DNA of 62,639 nucleotides, filler included, from Chiloscyllium plagiosum (lineage: Eukaryota), in the NCBI RefSeq assembly GCF_004010195.1. It is 3 parts of one record of this genome, joined end to end, with 100 filler letters (N's around TTAATTAATTAA, not from the genome) between each part and the next. Parts side by side here need not be neighbours in the genome. Positions count along the whole stretch, not along the records: positions 1 to 29,886 come from NC_057712.1; 2 more parts are not named here. The stretch is one strand, 5' to 3'. Each line of letters begins with the position of its first letter. The first letter of the stretch is position 1. Below are positions 1 through 13,062 of this stretch, piece by piece. Made by a program: the position numbers and the translations under genes. Below the pieces are notes generated by a model, which made no database searches, was not told the DNA's origin, and was given only the letters and a program-made list of their open reading frames with translations.

Positions 1-495
1 CTGAATGTCCTGGACCACTGAAGTGTTCTCCAACTGGGAGGGAACCCTCCTGTCTGTTGATTGTTGTGCGGTGCCCATTCATACGACAACGGATGAATTT
101 ATGTAAAACTCTGTTATTTCACTTTTTAGATTGGAATCAATCTAAACATCAGGTCATAGACAGAGAACACAGGGGGCTAACACCTTCAACATATTGTCTA
201 GCTATCACCATTGTTAACAGCTCACCCGAGAATGCAACTTTTTACAAAAAGGTTTTGTGATTTACACATGAAAGAAGTGAAACTATCATTGTATTCTAAC
301 AGATGAAAGGCTTAACAGACAATCAATTTTTCAATGTATAATTTCAGTTACATCACACTGTAAATCTTTGCTATAAATTCTGTGTTAGGATTGAGCCCTC
401 CATTATCACCTGATGAAGGAGCGTCACTCCGAAAGCTAGTGTGCTTCCAATTAAACCTGTTGGACCATAACCTGGTGTTGTGTGATTTTTAACTT
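1..495 (+). mobile_element. Penelope-like element (family A) 3' end/pLTR with an inverted endonuclease-region fragment at 1-82
   Basis: Minus strand of 1-82 translates to MNGHRTTINRQEGSLPVGEHFSGPGHS (GIY-YIG C-terminal region, matching 62264-62372). The + strand ends in the family-A terminus ...GGACCATAACCTGGTGTTGTGTGATTTTTAAC, also seen at 11.6, 18.3 and 23.9 kb. Confidence 0.8.
407..441 (+). ncRNA. Minimal type I hammerhead ribozyme (PLE family A)
   Basis: CAC-CTGATGA-A-GGAG(cgtca)CTCC-GAAA-GCTA^GTG. Intact core, stem II GGAG/CTCC, stem I CAC/GTG, palindromic AGCT stem III. Confidence 0.75.
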
Positions 496-579
496 AAGAA
501 AATGGGATTATGATAAATGGAGCATCAAATGGAATGGTAAAGCATTTCTCGTTCTTGCACTGCATACCTGTTCTGGCGG

Positions 580-800
580 TTCAGACTGACCAATAAGATC
601 CCCTAACACTTTTCAAAGACTGCTGACTTACTCTTTATCTAACATCATTAATAGAAGCTGGTTATTTCTTCCATTTGCTGTTCTGAGACTCGCTGTTCAA
701 AATCCAGCTGTTGCATCTGACTACTTACAACTGTAACAGCAACTCAAAGTAATTAATATCTGTGAGGCCTATATAAGCAGCCATTTACATGCAAATTCTT
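580..800 (+). mobile_element. Decayed DeuSINE-like SINE fragment
   Basis: Degenerate similarity to the reverse complement of the 7920-8262 copy. Confidence 0.3.
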
Positions 801-1739
801 TATTTCTCTTTCTAAAAGCTGAATGTTCTCCATTACTTCACCGGATGCTTCGATAAAATTGAAACACTTACAACAGAACAGGAAACACTTGATTGGCTGG
901 CTGCTAACTGAGGCAGAATATTCTCTCAAGTTAGAGGCTCTAGTCCTTATCTCCAGCCAATTAATGCTCCATGGATGGTTAAATGGCAGGACAACTATGA
1001 TAAACTGAGATGTGTTCCCCTCTGACTATTTCAATGACTGCAAGGGAACCTCCATCAATCATTAAATCAGAGAGTCAGTGGTATGGAGGTAATATCAGCG
1101 AAGTATTTCATAAGATAATGTTCTGAAGACAGGGTAGATGGTCAAATTTGAAGGTAATCAAAAGAAGAAAATTCTGGAAGAAACAGCATGCCAAATGGTG
1201 ACCTGTAAACACTGTACTCTGTTGCAAAACTCTATCAAGTCATTTATGCATTTGTTCTGGAACTACAATAATTTACAGATTTCCAAAGGTTTGCTCTTTT
1301 AGAATTCCAGAAGCTGAGAGGCAAATAAATGTTCTGATTATTCCAGCAATGAACAAAAGGATTTGGAGGAAAGGGTGGCTTAAGAGTTCTCATGTTGAGG
1401 AAACTGAGTCAAAAAGTAGGTAGTTTCCTAATGAAAAGTTCCACATCTAAATACGTAAGTTACTCAACACTCATACCATTGGCTTTGACGAGCACACTAT
1501 TCTGCAGTACTTGAACATTGTTAACAGGCTTTGTGAATTAATATGTCTTAAACCAGTGGTGGCAATTATGTTTATCTTTATTTGAGTTATCAAGTAAAAT
1601 TACAATAAACTTGTGAATATTCCACAAAGGATATATTAAGCCAATTATATTTAATTGCAATGTTTCAATAATGTAGTTCCCTTTGAGAAATTTATTAAGA
1701 AGAACCTACTAGTGCACTTTCATTTCTTTTTATTTATAA

Positions 1740-2147
1740 ATTCAGGGGATGTGGTCATTGCAGGCTTGGCCAGTATTTATTGCCCATCCCTGATTGCCCT
1801 GGGGCAGTTACAAGTTAACCACATGACAGCCAGACTAAGGAAGGATGGCAGTTGAGAATGTGGTGTTGGAAAAGCACGGCAGGTGAGGCAGCATCCGAGG
1901 AGCAGGATAATCAACGTTTTGCGCATCAGCCCTCCATCAGGAATGACAGGATGGGTAAGGATGGCAGTCTCCTTCCCTAAAGGACATTAGTGAACCAGAC
2001 AGAATTTACCAACAATCAATTCATGGTAATCATTAGGCATTCATATCAAATTCTACCATCTGCCATGGCAGGATTCGAATCCAGCTTCCCAGAACATTAC
2101 CTGGGTCTCTGAATTAAACAGTCCAGTAATAATACTACCAGGCCATC
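1740..2147 (-). mobile_element. tRNA-derived SINE with LINE-shared 3' tail, interrupted by a PLE mini-insertion
   Basis: B-box-like GGATTCGAATCC near 2071-2082. The tail GGGCAATAAATACTGGCC (minus) is shared with copies near 26.9, 28.98 and 58.0 kb. Confidence 0.6.
1853..1956 (-). mobile_element. PLE family B pLTR mini-insertion
   Basis: TSD AAGGATGGCAGT at 1841-1852 and 1957-1968. Antisense pLTR ends at a decayed hammerhead core (CATCAGGAATG). Confidence 0.75.
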
Positions 2148-3817
2148 AGAAGGTCCCTCTTAAATTTGATGTAAATGCATTCACAATGCCATGAAAAAGG
2201 GAGTTCCAGGAATTTGCGTTTCAGGCATAAGCCCTTCATGAATTGAATTGAATTGAATTTATTATCACATGTACCGAGGCACAGTGAAAAGCTTTGTCTT
2301 GCAAACAGTACAGGCAGATCACAGAGTTAAGTAGCACAGATAAGTAAATAATAGGTAAACAGCGGCAAAAACAAAAACATAGGCACAGGCGAAAGTTAAG
2401 AGTTTGTGAGTCCATTCAGTATTCTAACAACAGTGGGTTGAAACTGTTATGAAACCTGCTGGTGTGTGTGTTCAGGCTTGTGTACCTTCTCCCCAATGTA
2501 GAGGTTGAAGAAAAACATTGCCAGGGTGGGATGGATTCAGTTACAGTGGGCCTGGTGGATGGATTCTATACACGGGAGATTGGCGTTTGTGATTGCCTGG
2601 GCCAAGTTCACCATCTCTGTAACTATCTCCGATCTTGAATGGTACAGTTGCCATATTAGGTAGGGATACGGACAGAATGCTCTCGATGGCGCACCTATAA
2701 AAGTTGGCAAGGGTATTCGCTGTCATGCCAAATTTTTTTCAGCTGCCTGAGGAAGAAGAGACGTTGTTGGGCCTTTGTAACCATGAAGAGTCCAAGAAAG
2801 CTTGTTGTGGATGACCATTCCCAGGAGCTTGACACTCTCCACTTGTTCCACCTCTGTGTTGTTAATGTGTAGGGGGGCATGAGTAACATCCCACCGAAAA
2901 TTAATAATGAGTTCCTTGGTTTTGCCAGCTTTGAGAGCTAGCTCAGTGCACCATTTTTCCAGGTCTTCCACCTCCCATCAAGTTCTGTTTCGCTGCCATC
3001 TGAGATTCGATCGAAAATGGTCATGTCATCAGCGAACTTGTGAATGGCATCAGTCTGGCAATAGACAATAGACAATAGGTGCAGGAGTAGGCCATTCTGC
3101 CCTTCGAGCCTGCACCACCATTCATTATGATCATGGCTGATCATCCTCAATCAGTATTCTGTTCCTGCCTTATCTTCATAACCCTTGATTCCACTAGCCT
3201 TGAGAGTTCTATCCAACTCTTTCTTAAACAAATCCAGAGACTGGGCCTCCACTGCCTTCTGGGACAGAGCATTCCACACAGCCACCACTCTCTGGGTGAA
3301 GAAGTTTCTCCTCATCTCTGTCCTAAATGGCCTACCCTTATTTTTAAGCTGTGTCCTCTGATTCGGGACTCACCCATCAGCGGAAACATGTTTCCTGCCT
3401 CCAGAGTGTCCAATCCTTTAATAATCTTATACGTCTCAATCAGATCCCCTCTCAGTCTTCTAAACTCAAGGGTATATAAGCCCAGTTGCTCCAATCTTTC
3501 AACATAAAATAGTCCCGCCATTCCAGGAATTGACCTCGTGATCCTATGCAGCACTCCCTCAATAGCCAGAATGTCTTTCCTCAAATTTGGAGATCAGAAC
3601 TGCACACAATATTCCAGGTGCGGTCTCAACAGGGCCCTGTACAGCTGCAGAAGAACCTCTTTGCTTTTATACTCAATCCCTCTTGTTATGAAGGCCAGCA
3701 TGCTATTAGCCTTCTTCACTACCTGCTTACCTGCATGCTTGCCTTCATTGACTGGTGTACAAGAACACCCAGATCTCTTTGTACTGCCCCTTTACCTAAC
3801 TTGACTCCATTTAGGTA

Positions 3818-3991
3818 ATAGGAGAAAGTGAGGTCTGCAGATGCTGGAGTTCAGAGCTGAAAATGTGTTGCTGGAAAAGCGCAGCAGGTCAGGCAGCATC
3901 CAGGGAACAGGAGATTCGACGTTTCGGGCATAAGCCCTTCTTCCCTGGATGCTGCCTGACCTGCTGCGCTTTTCCAGCAACACATTTTCAG
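3818..3991. mobile_element. Hairpin (inverted pLTR) PLE family B mini-insertion
   Basis: TSD CTCCATTTAGGTA at 3805-3817 and 3992-4004. The arms are reverse complements and the right arm lacks the ~35 nt terminal tail. Confidence 0.88.
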
Positions 3992-4624
3992 CTCCATTTA
4001 GGTAGTAATCTGCCTTTCTGTTCTTGTCACCAAAAGTGGATAACCATACATTTATCCACATTAAACTGCATCTGCCATGCATCTGTCCACTCACCTAACC
4101 TGTCCAGGTCACCCTGTAATCTCCTCACATCCTCCTCACATTTCACATTTCACCCTGCCACCCAGCTTTGTATCATCAGCAAATTTGCTAATGTTACTAT
4201 TAATACCATCTTCTATAACATTAATATATATTGTAAAAAGCTGCGGTCCCAACACTGATCGCTGCAGTACCCCACTGGTCACTGCCTGCCTTTCCGAAAG
4301 GGAGCCGTTTATCACTACTCTTTGTTTTCTGTCAGCCAACCAATTTTCAATCCAACTCAGTACTTTGGCCCCAATACCATGCGCCCTAATTTTGCTCACT
4401 AACCTCCTATGTGGGACTTTATCAAAGGCTTTCGGAAAGTCCAGGTACACTACCTCCATTGGATCTCCCTTGTCCATCTTCAGAGTTACATCCTCAAAAA
4501 TCTCCAGAAGATTAGTCAAGCATGATTTCCCCTTCATAGATCCCTGCTGACTCTGACCTATCCTGTTACTGCTGTCCAGATGTGCCATGATTCCATTCTT
4601 TATCATTGACTCCAGCATCTTTCC

Positions 4625-4831
4625 GGAGGAGAAAGTGAGGACTGCAGATGCTGGAGATCAGAGCTAAAAATGTGTTGCTGGAAAAGCGCAGCAGGTCAGA
4701 CAGCATCCAAGGAACAGAAGAATCGACGTTTCGGGCATAAGCCCTTCTTCAGGCTTATGCCCGAAACGTCGATTCTCCTGTTCCTTGGATGCTGCCTGAC
4801 CTGCTGCGCTTTTCCAGCAACACATTTTCAG
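4625..4831. mobile_element. Hairpin PLE family B mini-insertion
   Basis: TSD CTCCAGCATCTTTCC at 4610-4624 and 4832-4846. Inverted arms meet at the hammerhead core. Confidence 0.88.
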
Positions 4832-6253
4832 CTCCAGCATCTTTCCCACCACTGAGGTCAGACGAACTGGACTATAATTTCCTGCTTTCTCTCTCGCTCC
4901 TTTCTTAAAAAGTGGTACAACATTAGCCACCCTCCAATCCGTAGGAACTGATCCTGAATCTATCGAACTCTGGAAAATAATCACCAACACATCCACAATT
5001 TCCCGAGCCACCTCCTTCAGTACCCTGGGATGTAGACCATCAGACCCCGGAGACTTATCAACCTTCAGACCTAACAGTCTCTCCAACACCAATTCCTGGC
5101 AAATATAAATTCCCTTAAGTTCAGGTCCTTCAGCCACTGTTACCTCTGGGAGATTGCTTGTGTATTCCCCAGTGAACACGGATCTGAAGTATCAATTCAA
5201 CTCTTCTATCATTTCTTTGTTCCCAGTAATATATTCCCTGTTTCTGTCTTCAATTTGGTGATGCAGTCATGGGTATACAGTGAGTACAGTAGGGGGCTGA
5301 GTACGCACCCCTGGGGGGCTCCAGTGCAGAGTGTTAGTGAGGATGAAATATTGTCCCTAATCTTCACTAATTGTGACCTGTGAGTCAGGAAACTGAGGAT
5401 CCAGTTGCAGAGATTGGGGCTTAGTCCGAGATCACTAAATTTAGTAATCAAACTTGAGGGGATAATTGTGTTGAAGGCTGACTTTAGTCAATGAGTAGGA
5501 TTCTTACGTAGCTGTTCTTGGTATCAAAATGTTCTGGGGAGCAGGGAAGGGCAAGTGATATGGCATCTGAAGTTGATCTCTTGGTCTGACAGGCATATCG
5601 GAGCAGGTCAAGCGTAGCGGGGAGGCTGGAGTTGATTAGTGCCATGACGAGCCTTTTAAAGCACTTCATGACCACTGAAATTAGGGCCACTGGGTAGTAG
5701 TCATTGAGACATGCTGCATGAGCCTTCTTAGGCACAGGGATGATGTTGGCCCTCTTAAAACAGGCAGGGACAGTGGCCTGCTGCAGGGAGAGGTTGAAAA
5801 TGCCTGAGAACCCCTCTGCCAGTTGATTTGCACTTGCTCTGAGTGCACGGCCTGGTACTCCGTCTGGTCCCATCACTTTCCTTGGATTCACACGAAGGAA
5901 AACTAACCTGCCCTCTGATGTAGTGACTGTTGGGATAGGTTCGTCAGGACTTGTCAGAATAGGTATTACCTCTCCGCCGAAATTCTGCTCAAAGCAAGCA
6001 TAGAAGGCGTTGAGATGATCTGACAGGGATGTGTCATTTTCTGTTATCTTGCACTGTCTTTTTTTAGAATCTGTGATGTCATTCAGTCCTTGCCATGGTC
6101 ACTGGGTCTCTGTCTGGGTCTCTAGTTTGGATCGGTATTGGTCCTTGGCTGTCTTAGTGGCTCTGTGAAGATCATACTTGAATTCCTTATATTTGAGTGA
6201 GTCTCCTGACCTGAAGTCCTCACACCTGGTTTTTAACAGGTTCTGTATGTCCA

Positions 6254-6347
6254 GATTCATCCAGGGTTTCCTGTTGGGGAACACCCAGATTGATTTCCTC
6301 GATTCATCCAGGGTTTCCTGTTGGGGAACACCCAGATTGATTTCCTC
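6254..6347. repeat. 47-bp perfect tandem duplication within Rex ORF
   Basis: GATTCATCCAGGG...TTTCCTC at 6254-6300 and 6301-6347. Confidence 0.9.
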
Positions 6348-6972
6348 GGTACGCAGTCCTCCACATGCTTGCTGACAAAGTCTGTGAAAGTGGTAGCGTA
6401 CTCGTCCAAGATACCTACGGGCTGTTTGAACATGGCCCAATCAGCCGATTCCAGACAGCACTGGAATTGATCCTCTGCCTCCTCCAACCAGCATTGGACC
6501 TGTGTCCGTGAGGGGGTCTCCTGCTTGAGCTTTTGCCTGTAAGTTGGAAGAAGAAACATGGCATTGTGGTCGGAGTTCCTGAAATGAGGGCGGGGAATGG
6601 AGTGGTAGGCATCCTTCACAGTGGTGAAGCAGTGGTCTAAAATGTTCAAGCCCCTGAGGGGGGTGGAGGGGTGTGCAGGTAATGTTCTGGTGGAACTTGG
6701 GCAACACCTTCCTTCGATTGGCTTGATTGAAGTCACCAGTTTCAATAAACAGGGCCTCGGGATGTTCCGTCTCCAGGGTGTTCGTGGTGAAGTACAGCAC
6801 ATCCAGAGCTTCCTCAATCCTTGCTTGTAGCGGTATGTACACAGGAATTAATGGAGAGCTTATGCCCAAAACGCCAATTCTCCTGCTCCTTAAATGCTGC
6901 CTGACCTGTCGTGCTTTTCCAGCACCACATTCTTGACTCTGATCTCCAGCATCTGCAGTATTCACTTTCTCC

Positions 6973-7760
6973 GAGTTTCAGGAATCTGACCCAGCAACGT
7001 TGAAGGAATGGCGATATACTTCCAGGTTAGGATTTAGATCAGAGTGGTGCTGGAAAAGCACAGCGGGTCAGGCAGTATCCGAGGAGCAGGAAAATTGATG
7101 TTTTCGGCAAAAGCCTTTCATCAGGTTAGGATGTTGAGTCACTTGGAGGGGAACCTGCGGTAGAGTTATTCCGATGTATATGTTGCCATTGTCCATGTAG
7201 TGCTCTTGGATTTGGAAGGTGGTGTCTAAGGAGCCTTTACAAATTTCTACAGTACACCTTGTAGATTGTACCTTTGCTACTGAGCATCAGTAGTAGAGGG
7301 ATTGAATGTTTACAGATGTGATGCCAATTAAGCAGCTCCTTTGTCCTGGATGGTGTTAAGATACTTGAGCATTGTTGGAGCCGCACACATCCAGGCAAGT
7401 GGGAATTATTCCATTACCCTCCTGAATTGTGCCTTGTAGATGATGGACAAGCTTTGGGGGGTCTTGCTGCAGGATCTCTCGTCCAGACCTGCTTTTCCAA
7501 CCACAGTCTTCAGATGGTTAAATGTCCAGAATGCTGATAGTGGGTAATTCATTGATGGTCATGCCATTCAAAGTCAAAAGGCAATTTTCATATATTGTCA
7601 TTTGTTGGAGATGCTCATTGCCTGGTATTTGTTGGCTGTGAATGTTACTTGCCACTTTTCAGTCCAAGCCCAAACTTTATCCTGTTCATGCTGCATTTGG
7701 ACAAAGACTGCTTCTGTATCTGAGTAGTCATGTGTAGTGCTAAACATTATACAACCATCT
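6973..7760 (-). mobile_element. Old L2/CR1-group LINE 3' region (continues at ~2160-2216), with a PLE mini-insertion at 7034-7121
   Basis: WAWTEKWQVTFTANKYQAMSISNK motif. TSD CAGGTTAGGAT at 7023-7033 and 7122-7132. Confidence 0.65.
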
Positions 7761-7919
7761 AAGTGCTCTTTAAAAATAAAATTCTCATTTTTTATCATCC
7801 CATTTTTATTATGGATTTCCCACTTTCAATCATTTCCTGAGCTGTGCTGTCATGATTTGGAAACAAAAGGCTTGTGTTTACATACATATATCTTTTCACA
7901 ACAACAGAACATCATATTT

Positions 7920-8262
7920 TACAGCCAGTTAAGTACTTTGTGAAGGGTGATCACTGTTACAATGTAGGAAAGGATCATCCAATTTACACAAAGCAAGCTC
8001 CTATGAAAAGCAACATGATAATGATCGAGTAATACATTTTAGTGAGATTGATTGCGGACTAAGTATTAGCTAGGAGAAGGGGTATAGGATCCTTGTTCTT
8101 CTTTGAAATTGTGCCAGGGATGTTTTATACGAGAACGATGGTGGCTTCAGTTCAATATTTAACTTGAAAGACAGCATTTCTGATTGATAGGAGTCCCTCC
8201 AGCCTCTGACGTGGGGCTTGAACCACAAACTCCTGGCTCAGAGCTGAAAATGCTGCCAACTG
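7920..8262 (-). mobile_element. Decayed DeuSINE-like (SacSINE1-type) SINE
   Basis: tRNA-like head near 8210-8262 (minus GGTTCAAGCCCC). The body ...GAAAGACAGCA... resembles the recalled Deu domain. Confidence 0.45.
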
Positions 8263-10567
8263 GTTTAGATTTGGATGTATTTGCATTACTCCAAACTGAT
8301 TTTTATATCCCGTTGAACACTATATGTGCTTATATGCCTGACAAATGTTCCAAGGTCACTTCAGTTCTGACAGATCGATAATCAGTTGCATAATGTATAA
8401 CAGAAAATCTTTGGTTTCTCACATCATGGCCTCAAAGAATCCGAAAACAATAATAAATGTCAAGCCAACAGATAACGGAGTGACAGAATTTTTTTTTTAA
8501 CAAAAGAGTGCAGGTCTCAACAACATGCATAGCCTGAGAACACATAATAGCAGTTTTACTGAGAGACTAGGGGCTGGATTTTACAGACCCCTACCAGGCT
8601 TGTTTTGTGGGTGGGGCACTAATATAGATCAGATGCCCATCCCAACACATTGCCACCCACCCTTGATCTAACCCCCTCATACACGAGGTGGGCAAGTGCC
8701 AAAATCGGCAACCTGCCCACCCATCTGTTTGTGAATAACTCTGGGTCATTTAGACTTGTCAACACGCCTATCATCCAGGATAATACGCAGCCATAATATA
8801 GTTGGCGTAGACAGGCTGCTTTTTGTGGTATAAATGAAAGCCTGAATAAGGTGAGGGTGGAGTGGGGGGGGGTCACCTCATTCAGAGTTGCCATGTGTAC
8901 ATCGGGGGCTCTCCTTCCCCAAGATATCAAATGCCCTCGACCCCCTTTTCCATCACCTGCCCTCCAAAACCCAGCCCCATTCCAACCACTCCTATACCTC
9001 CACCACTAGGCTCTTTGATCTCTGCCTGCCCGATAGACCAGGTCCTTTCTGTTGAAGCCATCATTTTTCCTTTATGCTCCTTTTTGAAGTCTCTGTAGTG
9101 CCCATAACAGAGCACTGACACTGTACGGTCTGCTAAAGCTCCCAGTCAGCTGGGTCAGTGGTTCTCAAAGAGAGGATCTGCTCCTGCTCAGGAATGGGAG
9201 TCTCACTCTTGCCCCTTTAGCCTACCCACAATGTTTTATAAATGCAGATTGGATGGGACAGGCTTCTTTTCCTGTCTATCGGCCATTGGCCAACGTCCTT
9301 GACCAAAAAGCAATAACTTTTTATTAGAAATTGAAACAAAAACACGTAACATGTTTTAACATGTACAGAGGCAATTGAAAGGGAGGGGGAGTAGAACAAA
9401 AAGGAAGGTCTGTACTAATGCCAGAAGGGATGTTAGTAGGACACATGAAGAAAGAAAAGATGGGTCTAAGGGAAGTAATAATGTGAAAATACAATTATTA
9501 CCAGGCATTGCAACCTGATATAATGGAAGCAGAAGTTATGATCTTAGCAATCTTTAAAAAAATGGTTTTCTACACATCAAAATATCATATTGTTTCTGTT
9601 ACTACTAACCTACATTTAAAGTCTTCAGACCCTACTGCAATACTCAATAATGAATACTAATCTTTTTCATTAATATCATCTGACACCAGAGAAAGAAAGA
9701 TTCCCTAACCAACACTGAAGATTTTTACATGTGTTCAGATTTCTCCTAACGTAAGTTGTAGTTGCAAAATTCAGTTTTTATTCTCTGTTATTCAAGGAAT
9801 CTTTCTGACACTACATTGTTTTTATTTATTTTCTGCCTCTCTTCTTAAATCATGTCATCCTCAGAAAGGTATTTTTGGCCATATGCTTATATCATAAATA
9901 ATGATTACAGCTGGAAATGTTCTGTTGTGCCTTTTGTTTCCTCTTTTTCATGTCTTTTATTATGATTTTCTGTGCCTCTGGAGTTAAGTTTACATATTGG
10001 ACTAATTTAGCCATAAGTCATAACCGGTAAAGGAAAATGTGATGGGAACATGAACAGTAAGCAGGATGCGTTCAAGATTATGCCTTATCCTATTTGATAC
10101 AGTATCTTATGGGCTTATTTTCCTCTCCTTACATCCAATGGACATAAATTTAGGGCAAAATAACCTCAGAATTATTTCCCCTTCATATGCATTTTAATTG
10201 AGGAACTAGCATGTATTGTAGCTCATTGAGATATTATTTTGTGAGTAAGATCAACTGATCTGTCACATTGGATTCCAATCACCTTTCATACTTTTTCTCT
10301 GTCATACATCAGATGCCCCTGACTCACATTGCTCGCCATTTCAACAACCAGTGAGTTTCAATACATTAGTTTTCCAAAGCTGTCAAATTCAAAGAGATAT
10401 AAGAGATTGTTAGGAATTAATTCAACCCTTTATTGCTGCTAGAAATTGTGAAGCTTGTTTTCTGGTAAAGAAGTATAAACTTGTTGGGTGAATACTTGCT
10501 GCCGTCCTGCACAAACCAGTAATGCCTGCACATGAGGGTTTGCTGCATTTAGCACAGCATTTTCATT

Positions 10568-10680
10568 AGGCAGAAGTGGGTACTGTAGATGCTGGAGATT
10601 AGAGTCAAGATTAAAGTGGTGCTGGAAAAGCACAGCAGGTCAGGCAGCATCCGAGGAGCAGGAAAATCGATGTTTCGGGC
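10568..10680 (-). mobile_element. PLE pLTR fragment (family B-related)
   Basis: GCAGAAGTGGGTACTGTAGATGCTGG...GATGTTTCGGGC, truncated inside hammerhead stem II. Confidence 0.75.
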
Positions 10681-11498
10681 AGCAGCTTGATGAAGTGAAG
10701 TGGATGACCAATGAACAGTTTAATTAAGGTAAAGAGATAATTACAAATAATCAGAAATAAGATAGAGCTACAGTCAAATCAAATGGCTGGAATAACACGA
10801 GTTACATAGGTAGATATCAGAGCAAAATTGGAATTGATCTATTACATGATCTGAGAAGAACAAAAAGTTGTTGTTGGGGAGTCAGAAGAAACAGAGATGT
10901 ACACTTCAAGTCCTTTTACCAATGACAACAGTGTTTGAAATTCTTTTTACTAAATCTGAGGAAGGGTCATTCGACCTGAAACATTAGCATTGATATCTCT
11001 CTGCCAGATCCCCTGAGCTTTTCCAACAATTTCAATTTTTGTCTTTGATTTACAGCATCTGTAATCCTTTCAGGTTTTATTCCGATTTGGCTACCTTCTG
11101 TTCCTTCTAACATTAGCTCTGCTGATTTCTGGATCACTGGAGAATGCAATAAGGACATAGGACAGACGATTAAGATCTGTGAGTGTTGTAGCGTTGTTAT
11201 AAGTAGGAAAATGAGAACATACATTAAAAGAAACATTACCTTCACCATCCAAAGCACAGCAGCAACACTGACCACAGCAGCTCAGACAGGAAAACCACTT
11301 GGCACTTTCACAAGTAAATTAATCATTCATTGCCTGTAAATGTATTGATGCTGGAGAGACAAGCATTCCTAGTTTAAGCCCAACTGCAAATGCAGCTTTC
11401 CAGTTCGCTCATTCTTCATTTTCCTGTTGTTGGATAGAAACAAACTGTCGAAGCCATCACAACATCTGATGCTCCCTCATTTTATGTTAACAATGCTC

Positions 11499-11681
11499 GA
11501 GAGATGCCGGTGTTGGACTGGGGTGTACAAAGTTAAAAATCACACAACACCAGGTTATAGTCCAACAGGTTTAATTGGAAGCACTAGCTTTCGGAGCGTC
11601 GCTCCTTCATCAGCGACGCTCCGAAAGCTGGTGCTTCCAATTAAACCTGTTGGACTATAACCTGGTGTTGTGTGATTTTTG
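11499..11681. mobile_element. Hairpin PLE family A mini-insertion
   Basis: TSD ACAATGCTC at 11490-11498 and 11682-11690. Inverted arms join at the hammerhead core and only the left arm has the tail. Confidence 0.88.
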
Positions 11682-13062
11682 ACAATGCTCTATGCTAGTT
11701 TGAGTGTGATGGAAAAAAATCTCTCCTTCAGATAGCGCAGTAACACAAAATTCCAAATTTATTTTTTATCCTTCAAAACTTAAGTTCTAAAACTTACTGG
11801 CAGAGAATTTTCTCACTTGCATGCTCAACTGACTACTTGAACATCACAGTAAATCGAGGTATTTGAGGGGAAATTGACTCCAGATTGAATGAACTGTTGA
11901 TAATTCATTGGCTATTCAATTAAGGAACAAATGTATTTATATTGAGGTAAATAAATTATACATTTTGTCAGTTTATCGAGAGTGCCAGTATGATGCTGAT
12001 TAAAATAAAATTTGTTGCAATGGCGTTTCATTTATGTGGTACTTCAGAAGGTTTTCTTTCTCCTTCCCTCTCACTATATCGAGATGTGGTTCTGGGACCC
12101 ACAACTAGGGTAGGGGAGCCTGCCCTTATAGTGGAGAATGTTGGTTTGGAGCTGTGGCTGACATGCTGAGAGTGTCCTGGCCTGGGGCAAGTTCAAGTAG
12201 AGGTTCAAGTTTGACTTGAACTTCTAAAGTGTTGAGGGACATAGGAAGAGTGAATGTGCATGAGCCAGGCCCCTTAGGAGGGTCCTGAATGTAGAATTCT
12301 GTAGGGGTTGTCTGTAGTTCCTATTCCACCAATGCCTATTGCCACTACCCTGTCTCCTTGTGAGAAAGGGACACTTGGACTGAGGTAAACATCCTTCATC
12401 ACTCTGTCGCCTTGCTGAGCACCAATGGCTAGAAATGATGGAGTGCATGCATATCCAACAGTCAATGAGCACTCTGCTGGACTCAACTCTCCATGACTAC
12501 CAGCAATATGTCCATACAGACAGCCAGATGCACACATACTGGAACCATCATGGTACAGATAGCATTGATGGACTCCTCCAGACTTTAATCAATGCTTTGA
12601 CTGCTCTGACAAACCTATCAGCTCCTGTATCTGTTTGTGCATTTTACTGAAATCCTCTCTTACCTGGAGCTGATCTCTGGTAGTGTCCTGCGTGGAAGGA
12701 CCATGAGGTATTTCTTCCTCAATCAGTTGCAGAGATGTGTCAGTGATGTTCTCACCTGACTGTGCTCTCGATTCTAATCCAGCTAAAGTACCCACCGCGT
12801 TGTCAGTATTTGAGCTGGTAGGGGATGCAGGAGACAGACTTACTAGTGTTATTTCTTCACCCTTAAGATTAAGATATAGAATCAGTTTAGCTAGAGATAT
12901 GGAATACCATTAGTGCATCATTTGTATTTTGTTTTGGGTACAATAGCATCTGTTCCATTCACTCTTCATCGCCCTATGTCAACAACATTAAACCTATCTT
13001 TTTCGAACCCCCTTCAGCTCTGAATAAAATGCATTAGACTCAAAATGTTAACTTTATTTATC

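Larger units (their letters stand above)
3059..5251 (-). mobile_element. CR1 LINE (HER1-like) ORF2 3' half, nested in the Rex element
   Basis: KSPGSDGLHPRVLKE, YLDFPKAFDKVPH, SVLGPQLFTIYIN, SKFADDTK, RRLRGDLIETYKI. (CTATTGT)n tail at ~3059-3078. The Rex RT motif rejoins across it (THDCITK..QTDAIHKFADD). Confidence 0.9.
2240..6845 (-). mobile_element. Rex1/Babar LINE, 5'-truncated and decayed, interrupted by a CR1 at 3059-5251
   Basis: ORF fragments [66 protein letters not shown] and APE motifs GDFNQAN and SDHN. (CAATT)n 3' tail at 2240-2260. Confidence 0.88.

Noticed and set aside
872..1202. Minus-strand segment bounded by a good acceptor and a GTAAGT donor as a coding exon
   Set aside because: It has stops in all three frames, and there is no independent support for it as a non-coding exon.
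3863..4855. Recurrent short ORFs MCCWKSAAGQAAS...GCCLTCCAFPATHF as a Cys-rich peptide family
   Set aside because: They are translations of the non-coding PLE pLTR arms in both orientations, with no evidence of coding.
11240..11318. Minus-strand Cys-rich frame (SCLSCCGQCCCCALDGE) as a cysteine-string protein exon
   Set aside because: There is an in-frame stop just after the best acceptor and no match to the recalled DNAJC5 motif.
8570..12860. GC-richer segments (8570-9220, 12080-12860; also 27510-27900) starting with GGC..GATTTT/GAATTTT-like ends as Harbinger-type DNA transposon relics
   Set aside because: No matching second terminal inverted repeat or transposase motif was found, so support is too weak.
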